Origin: Eledone cirrhosa
Lineage: Eukaryota
Reading direction: 5' to 3'
Length of the DNA: 64,000 bases
Assembly: GCA_964016885.1 (NCBI GenBank)
Contig: OZ024743.1
Coordinates: 135,284,001 to 135,348,000, forward strand
Shown: positions 11,001-22,625 of the stretch, in pieces
How the letters are laid out: the number at the start of each line of letters is the position of its first letter
How positions within the stretch are numbered: the first letter of the stretch is position 1
Program-made: the position numbers and the translations under genes
Notes under the pieces: generated by a model
The model's database searches: none
Seen by the model: only the letters and a program-made list of their open reading frames with translations
Told to the model about the DNA's origin: nothing

Positions 11001-12449
11001 GGTGCTTGGAGCTTGGTGTTTGGTGCTTAGTGCTTGGTGCTTGGTGCTTGGTGTTTGGTGCTTGGTGCTTGGTGCTTGGTGTTGGTGTTTGGTGTTTGGT
11101 GCTTGGTGTTTGGTGCTTGGTGCTTGGTGCTGGGTGGTTGGTGTTTGGTGCTTGGTGTTTGGTGTTTGGTGCTTGGTGCTTGGTGTTTGGTGCTTGGTGC
11201 TTGGTGCTTGGTGATTATTGTTTGGTGCTTGGTTCTTGGTGCCTGGTGCTTGGTGCTTGGTGCTTGTTGTTTGGTGCTTGGTGCTCGGTGATTAGTGTTT
11301 GGTGCTTGGTGCTTGGGGTTTGGTGTTTGGTGCTTGTGGTTTGGTGTTTGGTGCTTGGTGCTTGGTGTTTGGTGCTTGGTGCTTGGTGTTAAGTGTTTGG
11401 GGCTTGGTGCTTGGTGCATGGTGCTTGGTGTTTGGTGCTTGGTGCCTGGTGCTTGGTGTTTGGTGCTTGGTGCTTGGTGTTTGGTGTTTGGTGTTTGGTG
11501 CTTGGTGCTTGGTGTTTGGTGCTTGGTGTTGTGTGCTTGGTGCTTGGTGCTTGGTGCTTGGTGTTAGGTGTTTGGTGCTTGGTGCTTGGTGTTTGATGTT
11601 TGGTCCTTGGTGCTTGGTGTTTGGTGCTTGGTGCTTGGTGTTTGGTGTTTGGTGCTTGCTGCTTGCTGCTTGGTGTTTGGTGCTTGGTGATTGGTCCTTG
11701 GTGTTTGGTGCTTGGTGCTTGGTGTTTGGGGTTTGGTGCTAGGTGCTTGGTGCTTGGTGCTTGGTGCTTGGTGTTTGGTGCTTGGTGATTGGTCCTTGGT
11801 GTTTGGTGCTTGGTGCTTGGTGTTTGGTGTTTGGTGCTTGGTGCTTGGAGCTTGGTGTTTGGTGCTTAGTGCTTGGTACTTGGTGTTTGGTGCTTGGTCC
11901 TTGGTGCTTGGTGTTGGTGTTTGGTGTTTGGTGCTTGGTGTTTGGTGCTTGGTGCTTGGTGCTGGGTGGTTGGTGTTTGGTGCTTGGTGTTTGGTGTTTG
12001 GTGCTTGGTGCTTGGTGTTTGGTGCTTGGTGCTTGGTGCTTGGTGATGGTGTTTGGTGTTTGGTGCTTGGTGTTTGGTGTTTGGTGCTGGGTGCTTGGTG
12101 CTTGTTGTTTGGTGCTTGGTGCTCGGTGATTAGTGTTTGGTGCTTGGTGCTTGGGGTTTGGTGTTTGGTGCTTGTGGTTTGGTGTTTGGTGCTTGGTGCT
12201 TGGTGTTTGGTGCTTGGTGTTTGGTGCTTGGTGCTTTGTGTTTGGTGCTTGGTGCTTGGTGTTTGCTGCTTGGTGCTTGGTTTTTGGTGTTTGATGCTGC
12301 GTGCTTGGTGTTTGGTGTTTGGTGCTTGGTGCTTGGTGTTTGGTGTTTGGTGCTTGGTGCCTGGTGCTTGTTGTTTGGTGTTTGGTGCTTGGTGCTTGGT
12401 GTTTGGTGTTGTTGCTTGGTGCTTGGTGCTTGGTGCCTGGTGCTTGGTG
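8030..12449 (+). repeat. Distinct, more shuffled sub-domain of the satellite with private variants
   Basis: GTTAAGTGTTTGGGGC was seen only here (~9311, ~9395, ~10192, ~11388). Internal duplication at about +1196 (9838/11034, 10099/11295). Confidence 0.7.
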
Positions 12450-13470
12450 CTTGGTGTTTGGTGCTTGGTGCTTGGTGCTTGGTGTTTGGTGATTGGTGCT
12501 TGGTGCTTGGTGTTTGGTGCTTGGTGCTTGGTGTTTGGTGCTTGGTGTTATGTGCTTGGTGTTTGGTGCTTGGTGCTTGGTGCTTGGTGTTAGGTGTTTG
12601 GAGCTTGGTGCTTGGTGTTTGATGTTTGGTCCTTGGTGCTTGGTGTTTGGTGCTTGGTGCTTGGTGTTTGGTGTTTGGTGCTTGCTGCTTGCTGCTTGGT
12701 GTTTGGTGCTTGGTGATTGGTACTTGGTGTTTGGTGCTTGGTGCTTGGTGTTTGGTGTTTGGTGCTAGGTGCTTGGTGCTTGGTGCTTGGTGTTTGGTGC
12801 TTGGTGCTTGGTGTTTGGTGTTTGGTGCTTGGTGCTTGGGGCTTGGTGTTTGGTGCTTAGTGCTTGGTGCTTGGTGTTTGGTGCTTGGTGCTTGGTGTTT
12901 GGTGTTTGGTGCTAGGTGCTTGGTGCTTGGTGTTTGGTGTTTGGTGCTTGGTGTTTGGTGCTTGGTGCTTGGTGCTTGGTGCTTGGTGTTTGGTGCTTGG
13001 TACTTGGTGCTTGGTGCTTGGTCTTTGGTGCTTGGTGTTTGGTGTTTGGTGCTTGGTGCTTGGTGTTTGGTGCTTGGTGCTTGGTGCTTGGTGTTTGGTG
13101 CTTGGTGCTTGGTGCTTGGTGATTAGTGTTTGGTGCCTGGTGCTTGGTGCCTGGTGCTTGGTGCTTGGTGCTTGTTGTTTGGTGCTTGGTGCTTGGTGAT
13201 TAGTGTTTGGTGCTTGGTGCTTGAGGTTTGGTGTTTGGTGCTGTGGGGTTTGGTGTTTGGTGCTGGGTGCTTTGTGTTTGGTGCTTGGTATTTGGTGCTT
13301 GGTGCTTGGTGTTCGGTGCTTGGTGCCTGGTGCTTGGTGTTTGGTGCTTGGTGCTTGGTGTTAGGTGATTGGTGCTTGGTGCCTGGTGCTTGGTGCTTGG
13401 TGTTAGGCGTTTGGTGCTTGGTGCTTGGTGTTTGATGTTTGGTCCTTGGTGCTTGGTGTTTGGTATTTGG
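12450..13470 (+). repeat. Dispersed copy of window positions 1 to about 1020 (offset 12449)
   Basis: ORF translation 12493..12768 is identical to 44..319. Also 177/12626, 415/12864, 681/13130. The offset becomes 12450 after a 1-bp insertion at ~13243 (CTGTGGGGT). Confidence 0.88.
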
Positions 13471-16400
13471 TGCTTGGTGATTGGTGTTTGGTGTTTGGTG
13501 CTTGCTGCTTGCTGCTTGGTGTTTGGTGCTTGGTGATTGGTGCTTGGTGTTTTGTGCTTTTTGCTTGGTGTTTGGTGTTTGGTGCTAGGGTCTTGGTGCT
13601 TGGTGCTTGGTGTTTGGTGCTTGGTGCTTGGTGTTTGGTGTTTGGTGCTTGGTGCGTGGGGCTTGGTGTTTGGTGCTTGGTGTTTGGTGCTTGGTGTTTG
13701 GTGCTTGCTGTTTGGTGCTTGGTGCTTGGTGTTTGGTGTTTGGTGTTTGGTGCTTGGTGCTTGGTGTTTGGTGCTTGGTGCTTGGTGCTTGGTGTTTGGT
13801 GTTTGGTGCTTGGTGCTTGGTATCTGGTGTTTGGTGCTTGGTGTTTGGTGTTTGGTGCTTGGTGCTTGGTGCTTGGTGTTTGGTGTTTGGTGCTTGGTGC
13901 TTGGTGTTTGGTGCTTGGTGTTTGGTGTTTGGTGTTTGATGCTTGGTGTTTGCTGCTTGGTGCTTGGTGCTTGGTGTTTTGTGTTTGGTGCTGGGTGCTT
14001 GGTGCCTGGTGCTTGGTGCTTGGTGCTTGTTGTTTGGTGCTTGGTGCTTGGTGATTAGTGTTTGGTGCTTGGTGCTTGCGGTTTGGTGTTTCGTGCTTGG
14101 AGTTTGGTGTTTGGTGCTTGGTGCTTGGTGTTTGGTGCTTGGTGCTTGGTGTTTGGTGCTTGGTGCCTGGTGCTTGGTGTTTGCTGCTTGGTGCTTGGTG
14201 TTTGGTGCTTATTGTTTGGTGCTTGGTGCTTGGTGCTTGGTGCTTGGTGTTAGGTGTTTGGTGCTTGGTGCTTGGTGTTTGATGTTTGGTGCTTGGTGTT
14301 TGGTGCTTGGTGCTTGGTTTTGGTGTTTGGTGCTTGCTGCTTGCTGCTTGGTGTTTGGTGCTTGGTGATTGGTGCTTGGTGTTTTGTGCTTGGTGCTTGG
14401 TGTTTGGTGTTTGGTGCTAGGGGCTTGGTGCTTGGTGCTCGGTGATTAGTGTTTGGTTCCTGGTGCTTCAGGTTTGGTGTTTGGTGCTTGTGGCTTGGTG
14501 TTTGGTGTTTGATGCTGCGTGCTTGGTGTTTGGTGTTTGGTGCTTGGTGCTTGGTGTTTGGTGTTTGGTGCTTGGTGCCTGGTGCTTGTTGTTTGGTGTT
14601 TGGTGCTTGGTGCTTAGTGTTTGGTGTTTGTTGCTTGGTGCTTGGTATCTTGTGTTTGGTGCTTGGTGTTTGGTGTTTGGTGCTTGGTGCTTGGTGCTTG
14701 GTGTTTGGTGTTTGGTGCTTGGTTCTTGGTGTTTGGTGCTTGGTGTTTGGTGTTTGGTGTTTGATGCTTGGTGTTTGTTGCTTGGTGCTTGGTGCTTGGT
14801 GTTTTGTGTTTGGTGCTTGGTGCTTGGTGCCTGGTGCTTGGTGCTTGGTGCTTGGTGTTTGGTGCTTGGTGCTTGGTGCTTGGTGTTTGGTGATTGGTCC
14901 TTGGTGTTTGGTGTTTGGTGCTTGGTGCTTGGTGTTTGGTGCTTGGTGTTTGGTGCTTGGTGCTTGGTGTTTGGTGCTTGGTGTTATGTGCTTGGTGTTT
15001 GGTGCTTGGTGCTTGGTGCTTGGTGTTATGTGTTTAGAGCTTGGTGCTTGTTGTTTGATGTTTGGTCCTTGGTGCTTGGTGTTTGGTGCTTGGTGCTTGG
15101 TGTTTGGTGTTTGGTGCTTGCTGTTTGCTGCTTGGTGTTTGGTGCTTGGTGATTGGTGCTTGGTGTTTGGTGCTTGGTGCTTGGTGTTTGGTGTTTGGTG
15201 CTAGGTGCTTGGTGCTTGGTGTTTGGTGCTTGGTGCTTGGTGTTAGGTGATTGGTGCTTGGTGTTTGGTGCTTGGTGCTTGGTGCTTGGTGCTTGGTATT
15301 AGGCGTTTGGTGCTTGGTGCTTGGTGTTTGATGTTTGGTCCTTGGTGCTTGGTGTTTAGTATTTGGTGCTTGGTGCTTGGTGTTTGGTGTTTGGTGCTTG
15401 CTGCTTGCTGCTTGCTGCTTGGTGCTTGGTGATTGGTGCTTGGTGTTTTGTGCTTTTTGCTTGGTGTTTGGTGTCTGGTGCTAGGGTCTTGGTGCTTGGT
15501 GCTTGGTGTTTGGTGCTTGGTGCTTGGTGTTTGGTGTTTGGTGCTTGGTGCGTGGGGCTTGGTGTTTGGTGCTTGGTGTTTGGTGCTTGGTGTTTGGTGC
15601 TTGCTGTTTGGTGCTTGGTGCTTGGTGTTTGGTGTTTGGTGTTTGGTGCTTGGTGCTTGGTGTTTGGTGATTGGTGCTTGGTGCTTGGGGCTTGGTGTTT
15701 GGTGCTTAGTGCTTGGTGCTTGGTGTTTGGTGCTTGGTGCTTGGTGTTTGGTGTTTGGTGCTAGGTGCTTGGTGCTTGGTGTTTGGTGTTTGGTGCTTGG
15801 TGTTTGGTGCTTGGTGCTTGGTGCTTGGTGCTTATTGTTTGGTGCTTGGTACTTGGTGCTTGGTGCTTGGTCTTTGGTGCTTGGTGTTTGGTGTTTGGTG
15901 CTTGGTGCTTGGTGTTTGGTGCTTGGTGCTTGGTGCTTGGTGTTTGGTGCTTGGTGCTTGGTGCTTGGTGATTAGTGTTTGGTGCCTGGTGCTTGGTGCC
16001 TGGTGCTTGGTGCTTGGTGCTTGTTGTTTGGTGCTTGGTGCTTGGTGATTAGTGTTTGGTGCTTGGTGCTTGAGGTTTGGTGTTTGGTGCTTGGGGTTTG
16101 GTGTTTGGTGCTGGGTGCTTTGTGTTTGGTGCTTGGTATTTGGTGCTTGGTACTTGGTGTTTGGTGCTTGGTGCCTGCTGCTTGGTGTTTGGTGCTTGGT
16201 GCTTGGTGTTAGGTGATTGGTGCTTGGTGTTTGGTGCTTGGTGCTTGGTGTTAGGCGTTTGGTGCTTGGTGCTTGGTGTTTGATGTTTGGTCCTTGGTGC
16301 TTAGTGTTTGGTATTTGGTGCTTGGTGCTTGGTGTTTGGTGTTTGGTGCTTGCTGCTTGCTGCTTGGTGTTTGGTGCTTGGTGATTGGTGCTTGGTGTTT

Positions 16401-19400
16401 TGTGCTTTTTGCTTGGTGTTTGGTGTTTGGTGCTAGGGTCTTGGTGCTTGGTGCTTGGTGTTTGGTGCTTGGTGCTTGGTATTTGGTGTTTGGTGCTTGG
16501 TGCGTGGGGCTTGGTGTTTGGTGCTTGGTGTTTGGTGCTTGGTGTTTGGTGCTTGCTGTTTGGTGCTTGGTGCTTGGTGTTTGGTGTTTGGTGTTTGGTG
16601 CTTGGTGCTTGGTGTTTGGTGCTTGGTGCTTGGTGCTTGGTGCTTGGTGCTTGGTGTTTGGTGCTTGGTGCTTGGTGATTAGCGTTTGGTGATTGGTGTT
16701 TGGGGTTTGGTGTTTGGTACTTGGTGTTTGGTGCTTGCTGCTTGCTGTTTGGTGTTTGGTGTTTGGTTCTTGGTGCTTGGTGTTTGGTGTTTGGTTTTTG
16801 GTGCTTGGTGCTTGGTGCTTGGTGTTTGGTGCTTGGTGCTTGGTGCTTGGTGTTTGGTGCTGCGTGCTTGGTGTTTGGTGTTTGGTGCTTGGTGCCTGCT
16901 GCTTGTTGTTTGGTGTTTGGTGCTAAGTGCTTGGTGTTTGGTGTTTGGTGCTTGGTGCTTGGTGGCTGGTGTTTGGTGCTTGGTGTTTGGTGTTTGGTGC
17001 TTGGTGCTTGGTGCCTGGTGTTTCGTGCTTGGTGCTTGGTGCTTGGTGTTTGGTGTTTGGTGCTTGGTGGTTGGTGTTTGGTACTTGGTGCTTGGTGTTT
17101 GGTGCTTGGTGCTTGGTGCTTTGTGTTTGATGCTGCGTGCTTGGTGTTTGGTGTTTGGTGCTTGGTGCTTGGTGTTTGGTGTTTCGTGCTTGGTGCCTGG
17201 TGCTTGTTGTTTGGTGTTTGCTGCTTGGTGCTTGGTGTTTGGTGTTTGGTGCTTGGTGCTTGGTATCTGGTGTTTGGTGCTTGGTGTTTGGTGTTTGGTG
17301 CTTGGTGCTTGGTGTTTGGTGTTTGATGCTTGGTGTTTGCTGCTTGGTGCTTGGTGCTTGGTGTTTTGTGTTTGGTGCTGGGTGCTTGGTGCCTGGTGCT
17401 TGGTGCTTGGTGCTTGTTGTTTGGTGCTTGGTGCTTGGTGATTAGTGTTTGGTGCTTGGTGCTTGCGGTTTGGTGTTTCGTGCTTGGAGTTTGGTGTTTG
17501 GTGCTTGGTGCTTGGTGTTTGGTGCTTGGTGGTTGGTGTTTGGTGCTTGGTGCCTGGTGCTTGGTGTTTGCTGCTTGGTGCTTGGTGTTTGGTGCTTATT
17601 GTTTGGTGCTTGGTGCTTGGTGCTTGGTGCTTGGTGTTAGGTGTTTGGTGCTTGGTGCTTGGTGATTGATGTTTGGTGCTTGGTGTTTGGTGCTTGGTGC
17701 TTGGTTTTGGTGTTTGGTGCTTGCTGCTTGCTGCTTGGTGTTTGGTGCTTGGTGTTTTGTGTTTGGTGCTTGGTGCTTGGTGCCTGGTGCTTGGTGCTTG
17801 GTGCTTGGTGTTTGGTGCTTGGTGCTTGGTGCTTGGTGTTTGGTGATTGGTGCTTGGTGCTTGGTGTTTGGTGCTTGGTGTTTTGTGTTTGGTGTTTGAT
17901 GCTTGGTGTTTGTTGCTTGGTGCTTGGTGCTTGGTGTTTTGTGTTTGGTGCTTGGTGCTTGGTGCCTGGTGCTTGGTGCTTGGTGCTTGTTGTTTGGTGC
18001 TTGGTGCTTGGTGCTTGGTGTTTGGTGATTGGTGCTTGGTGCTTGGTGTTTGGTGCTTGGTGCTTGGTGTTTGGTGCTTGGTGTTTGGTGCTTGGTGCTT
18101 GGTGTTTGGTGCTTGGTGTTATGTGCTTGGTGTTTGGTGCTTGGTGCTTGGTGCTTGGTGTTAGGTGTTTAGAGCTTGGTGCTTGTTGTTTGATGTTTGG
18201 TCCTTGGTGCTTGGTGTTTGGTGCTTGGTGCTTGGTGTTTGGTGTTTGGTGCTTGCTGCTTGCTGCTTGGTGTTTGGTGCTTGGTGATTGGTGCTTGGTG
18301 TTTGGTGCTTGGTGCTTGGTGTTTGGTGTTTGGTGCTAGGTGCTTGGTGCTTGGTGTTTGGTGCTTGGTGCTTGGTGTTAGGTGATTGGTGCTTGGTGTT
18401 TGGTGCTTGGTGCTTGGTGCTTGGTGCTTGGTATTAGGCGTTTGGTGCTTGGTGCTTGGTGTTTGATGTTTGGTCCTTGGTGCTTGGTGTTTAGTATTTG
18501 GTGCTTGGTGCTTGGTGTTTGGTGTTTGGTGCTTGCTGCTTGCTGCTTGGTGTTTGGTGCTTGGTGATTGGTGCTTGGTGCTTTGTGCTTTTTGCTTGGT
18601 GTTTGGTGTTTGGTGCTAGGGTCTTGGTGCTTGGTGCTTGGTGTTTGGTGCTTGGTGCTTGGTGTTTGGTGTTTGGTGCTTGGTGCGTGGGGCTTGGTGT
18701 TTGGTGCTTGGTGTTTGGGGCTTGGTGTTTGGTGCTTGCTGTTTGGTGCTTGGTGCTTGGTGTTTGGTGTTTGGTGTTTGGTGCTTGGTGCTTGGTGTTT
18801 GGTGCTTGGTGCTTGGTGCTTGGTGCTTGGTGCTTGTTCTTTGGTGCTTGGTGCTTGGTGATTAGTGTTTGGTGATTGGTGCTTGGGGTTTGGTGTTTGG
18901 TACTTGGTGTTTGGTGCTTGGTGCTTGCTGTTTGGTGTTTGGTGTTTGGTTCTTGGTGCTTGGTGTTTGGTGTTTGGTGTTTGGTGCTTGGTGCTTGGTG
19001 CTTGGTGTTTGGTGCTTGGTGCTTGGTGTTTGGTGTTTGGTGCTTGGTGCCTGCTGCTTGTTGTTTGGTGTTTGGTGCTAAGTGCTTGGTGTTTGGTGTT
19101 TGGTGCTTGGTGCTTGGTGGCTGGTGTTTGGTGCTTGGTGTTTGGTGTTTGGTGCTTGGTGCTTGGTGCCTGGTGTTTCGTGCTTGGTGCTTGGTGCTTG
19201 GTGTTTGGTGTTTGGTGCTTGGTGGTTGGTGTTTGGTACTTGGCGCTTGGTGCTTGGTGCTTGGTGTTTGGTGCTTGGTGCTTGGTGCTTTGTGTTTGAT
19301 GCTGCGTGCTTGGTGTTTGGTGTTTGGTGCTTGGTGCTTGGTGTTTGGTGTTTCGTGCTTGGTGCCTGGTGCTTGTTGTTTGGTGTTTGCTGCTTGGTGC

Positions 19401-22400
19401 TTGGTGTTTGGTGTTTGGTGCTTGGTGCTTGGTGCTTGGTGCTTGGTGTTTGGTGCTTGGTGCTTGGTGCTTGGTGATTAGTGTTTGGTGCCTGGTGCTT
19501 GGTGCCTGGTGCTTGGTGATTGGTGCTTGTTGTTTGTTGCTTGGTGCTTTGTGATTAGTGTTTGGTGCTTGGTGCTTGAGGTTTGGTGTTTGGTGCTTGG
19601 GGTTTGGTGTTTGGTGCTGGGTGCTTTGTGTTTGGTGCTTGGTATTTGGTGCTTGGTGCTTGGTGTTTGGTGCTTGGTGCTTGGTGCTTGGTGCTTGGTG
19701 TTAGGCGTTTGGTGCTTGGTGCTTGGTGTTTGATGTTTGGTCCTTGGTGCTTGGTGTTTGGTATTTGGTGCTTGGTGCTTGGTGTTTGGTGTTTGGTGCT
19801 TGCTGCTTGCTGCTTGGTGTTTGGTGCTTGGTGATTGGTGCTTGGTGCTTTGTGCTTTTTGCTTGGTGTTTGGTGTTTGGTGCTAGGGGCTTGGTGCTTG
19901 GTGCTTGGTGTTTGGTGCTTGGTGCTTGGTGCTTGCTGTTTGGTGCTTGGTGCTTGGTGTTTGGTGTTTGGTGTTTGGTGCTTGGTGCTTGGTGATTAGC
20001 GTTTGGTGATTGGTGCTTGGGGTTTGGTGTTTGGTACTTGGTGTTTGGTGCTTGGTGCTTGCTGTTTGGTGTTTGGTGTTTGGTTCTTGGTGCTTGGTGT
20101 TTGGTGTTTGGTGTTTGGTGCTTGGTGCTTGGTGCTTGGTGTTTGGTGCTTGGTGCTTGGTGCTTGGTGTTTGGTGCTGCGTGCTTGGTGTTTGGTGTTT
20201 GGTGCTTGGTGCCTGCTGCTTGTTGTTTGGTGTTTGGTGCTAAGTGCTTGGTGTTTGGTGTTTGGTGCTTGGTGCTTGGTGGCTGGTGTTTGGTGCTTGG
20301 TGTTTGGTGTTTGGTGCTTGGTGCTTGGTGCCTGGTGTTTCGTGCTTGGTGCTTGGTGCTTGGTGTTTGGTGTTTGGTGCTTGGTGGTTGGTGTTTGGTA
20401 CTTGGTGCTTGGTGCTTGGTGTTTGGTGCTTGGTGCTTGGTGCTTTGTGTTTGATGCTGCGTGCTTGGTGTTTGGTGTTTGGTGCTTGGTGCTTGGTGTT
20501 TGGTGTTTCGTGCTTGGTGCCTGGTGCTTGTTGTTTGGTGTTTGCTGCTTGGTGCTTGGTGTTTGGTGTTTGGTGCTTGGTGCTTGGTATCTGGTGTTTG
20601 GTGCTTGGTGTTTGGCGTTTGGTGCTTGGTGCTTGGTGCTTGGTGTTTGGTGATTGGTGCTTGGTGCTTGGTGTTTGGTGCTTGGTGTTTGGTGTTTGGT
20701 GTTTGATGCTTGGTGTTTGCTGCTTGGTGCTTGGTGCTTGGTGTTTTGTGTTTGGTGCTGGGTGCTTGGTGCCTGGTGCTTGGTGCTTGGTGCTTGTTGT
20801 TTGGTGCTTGGTGTTTGGTGATTAGTGTTTGGTGCTTGGTGCTTGGTGTTTGGTGCTTGGTGCTTGGTGTTTGGTGCTTGGCGCCTGGTGCTTGGTGTTT
20901 GCTGCTTGGTGCTTGGTGTTTGGTGCTTATTGTTTGGTGCTTGGTGCTTGGTGCTTGGTGCTTGGTGTTAGGTGTTTGGTGCTTGGTGCTTGGTGTTTGA
21001 TGTTTGGTGCTTGGTGTTTGGTGCTTGGTGCTTGGTTTTGGTGTTTGGTGCTTGCTGCTTGCTGCTTGGTGTTTGGTGCTTGGTGATTGGTGCTTGGTGT
21101 TTTGTGCTTGGTGCTTGGTGTTTGGTGTTTGGTGCTAGGGGCTTGATGCTTGGTGCTCGGTGATTAGTGTTTGGTGCTTGGTGCTTGGGGTTTGGTGTTT
21201 GCTGCTTGTGGTTTGGTGTTTGGTGTTTGATGCTGCGTGCTTGGTGTTTGGTGTTTGGTGCTTGGTGCTTGGTGTTTGGTGTTTGGTGCTTGGTGCCTGG
21301 TGCTTGTTGTTTGGTGTTTGGTGCTTGGTGCTTGGTGTTTGGTGTTTGTTGCTTGGTGCTTGGTATCTTGTGTTTGGTGCTTGGTGTTTGGTGTTTGGTG
21401 CTTGGTGCGTGGTGCTTGGTGTTTGGTGTTTGGTGCTTGGTGCTTGGTGTTTGGTGCTTGGTGTTTGGTGTTTGGTGTTTGATGCTTGGTGTTTGTTGCT
21501 TGGTGCTTGGTGCTTGGTGTTTTGTGTTTGGTGCTTGGTGCTTGGTGCCTGGTGCTTGGTGCTTGGTGCTTGGTGCTTGGTGTTTGGTGCTTGGTGTTAT
21601 GTGCTTGGTGTTTGGTGCTTGGTGCTTGGTGCTTGGTGTTAGGTGTTTGGAGCTTGGTGCTTGGTGCGTGGGGCTTGGTGTTTGGTGCTTGGTGTTTGGT
21701 GCTTGGTGTTTGGTGCTTGCTGTTTGGTGCTTGGTGCTTGGTGCTTGGTGTTTGGTGATTGGTGCTTGGTACTTGGTGCTTGGTGCTTGGTGTTTGGTGC
21801 TTGGTGTTTGGTGCTTGGTGCTTGGTGTTTGGTGCTTGGTGTTATGTGCTTGGTGTTTGGTGCTTGGTGCTTGGTGCTTGGTGTTAGGTGTTTGGAGCTT
21901 GGTGCTTGTTGTTTGATGTTTGGTCCTTGGTGATTGGTGTTTGGTGCTTGGTGCTTGGTGTATGGTGTTTGGTGCTTGCTGCTTGCTGCTTGGTGTTTGG
22001 TGCTTGGTGATTGGTGCTTGGTGTTTGGTGCTTGGTGCTTGGTGTTTGGTGTTTGGTGCTAGGTGCTTGGTGCTTGGTGTTTGGTGCTTGGTGCTTGGTG
22101 TTAGGTGATTGGTGCTTGGTGTTTGGTGCTTGGTGCTTGGTGCTTGGTGCTTGGTATTAGGCGTTTGGTGCTTGGTGCTTGGTGTTTGATGTTTGGTCCT
22201 TGGTGCTTGGTGTTTAGTATTTGGTGCTTGGTGCTTGGTGTTTGGTGTTTGGTGCTTGCTGCTTGCTGCTTGGTGTTTGGTGCTTGGTGATTGGTACTTG
22301 GTGTTTTGTGCTTTTTGCTTGGTGTTTGGTGTTTGGTGCTAGGGTCTTGGTGCTTGGTGCTTGGTGTTTGGTGCTTGGTGCTTGGTGTTTGGTGTTTGGT

Positions 22401-22625
22401 GCTTGGTGCGTGGGGCTTGGTGTTTGGTGCTTGGTGTTTGGTGCTTGGTGTTTGGTGCTTGCTGATTGGTGCTTGGTGCTTGGTGTTTGGTGTTTGGTGT
22501 TTGGTGCTTGGTGCTTGGTGTTTGGTGCTTGGTGCTTGGTGCTTGGTGCTTGGTGCTTGGTCTTTGGTGCTTGGTGCTTCGTGATTAGTGTTTGGTGATT
22601 GGTGCTTGGGGTTTGGTGTTTGGTA
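13470..22625 (+). repeat. Mosaic higher-order domain built from reshuffled left-domain modules
   Basis: Segment matches at offsets 6418 (7640/14058, 7836/14254, 8024/14442), 2849 (12864/15713, 13130/15979), 3135 (15062/18197, 15247/18382) and 3723 (18382/22105, 18865/22588). Confidence 0.8.
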
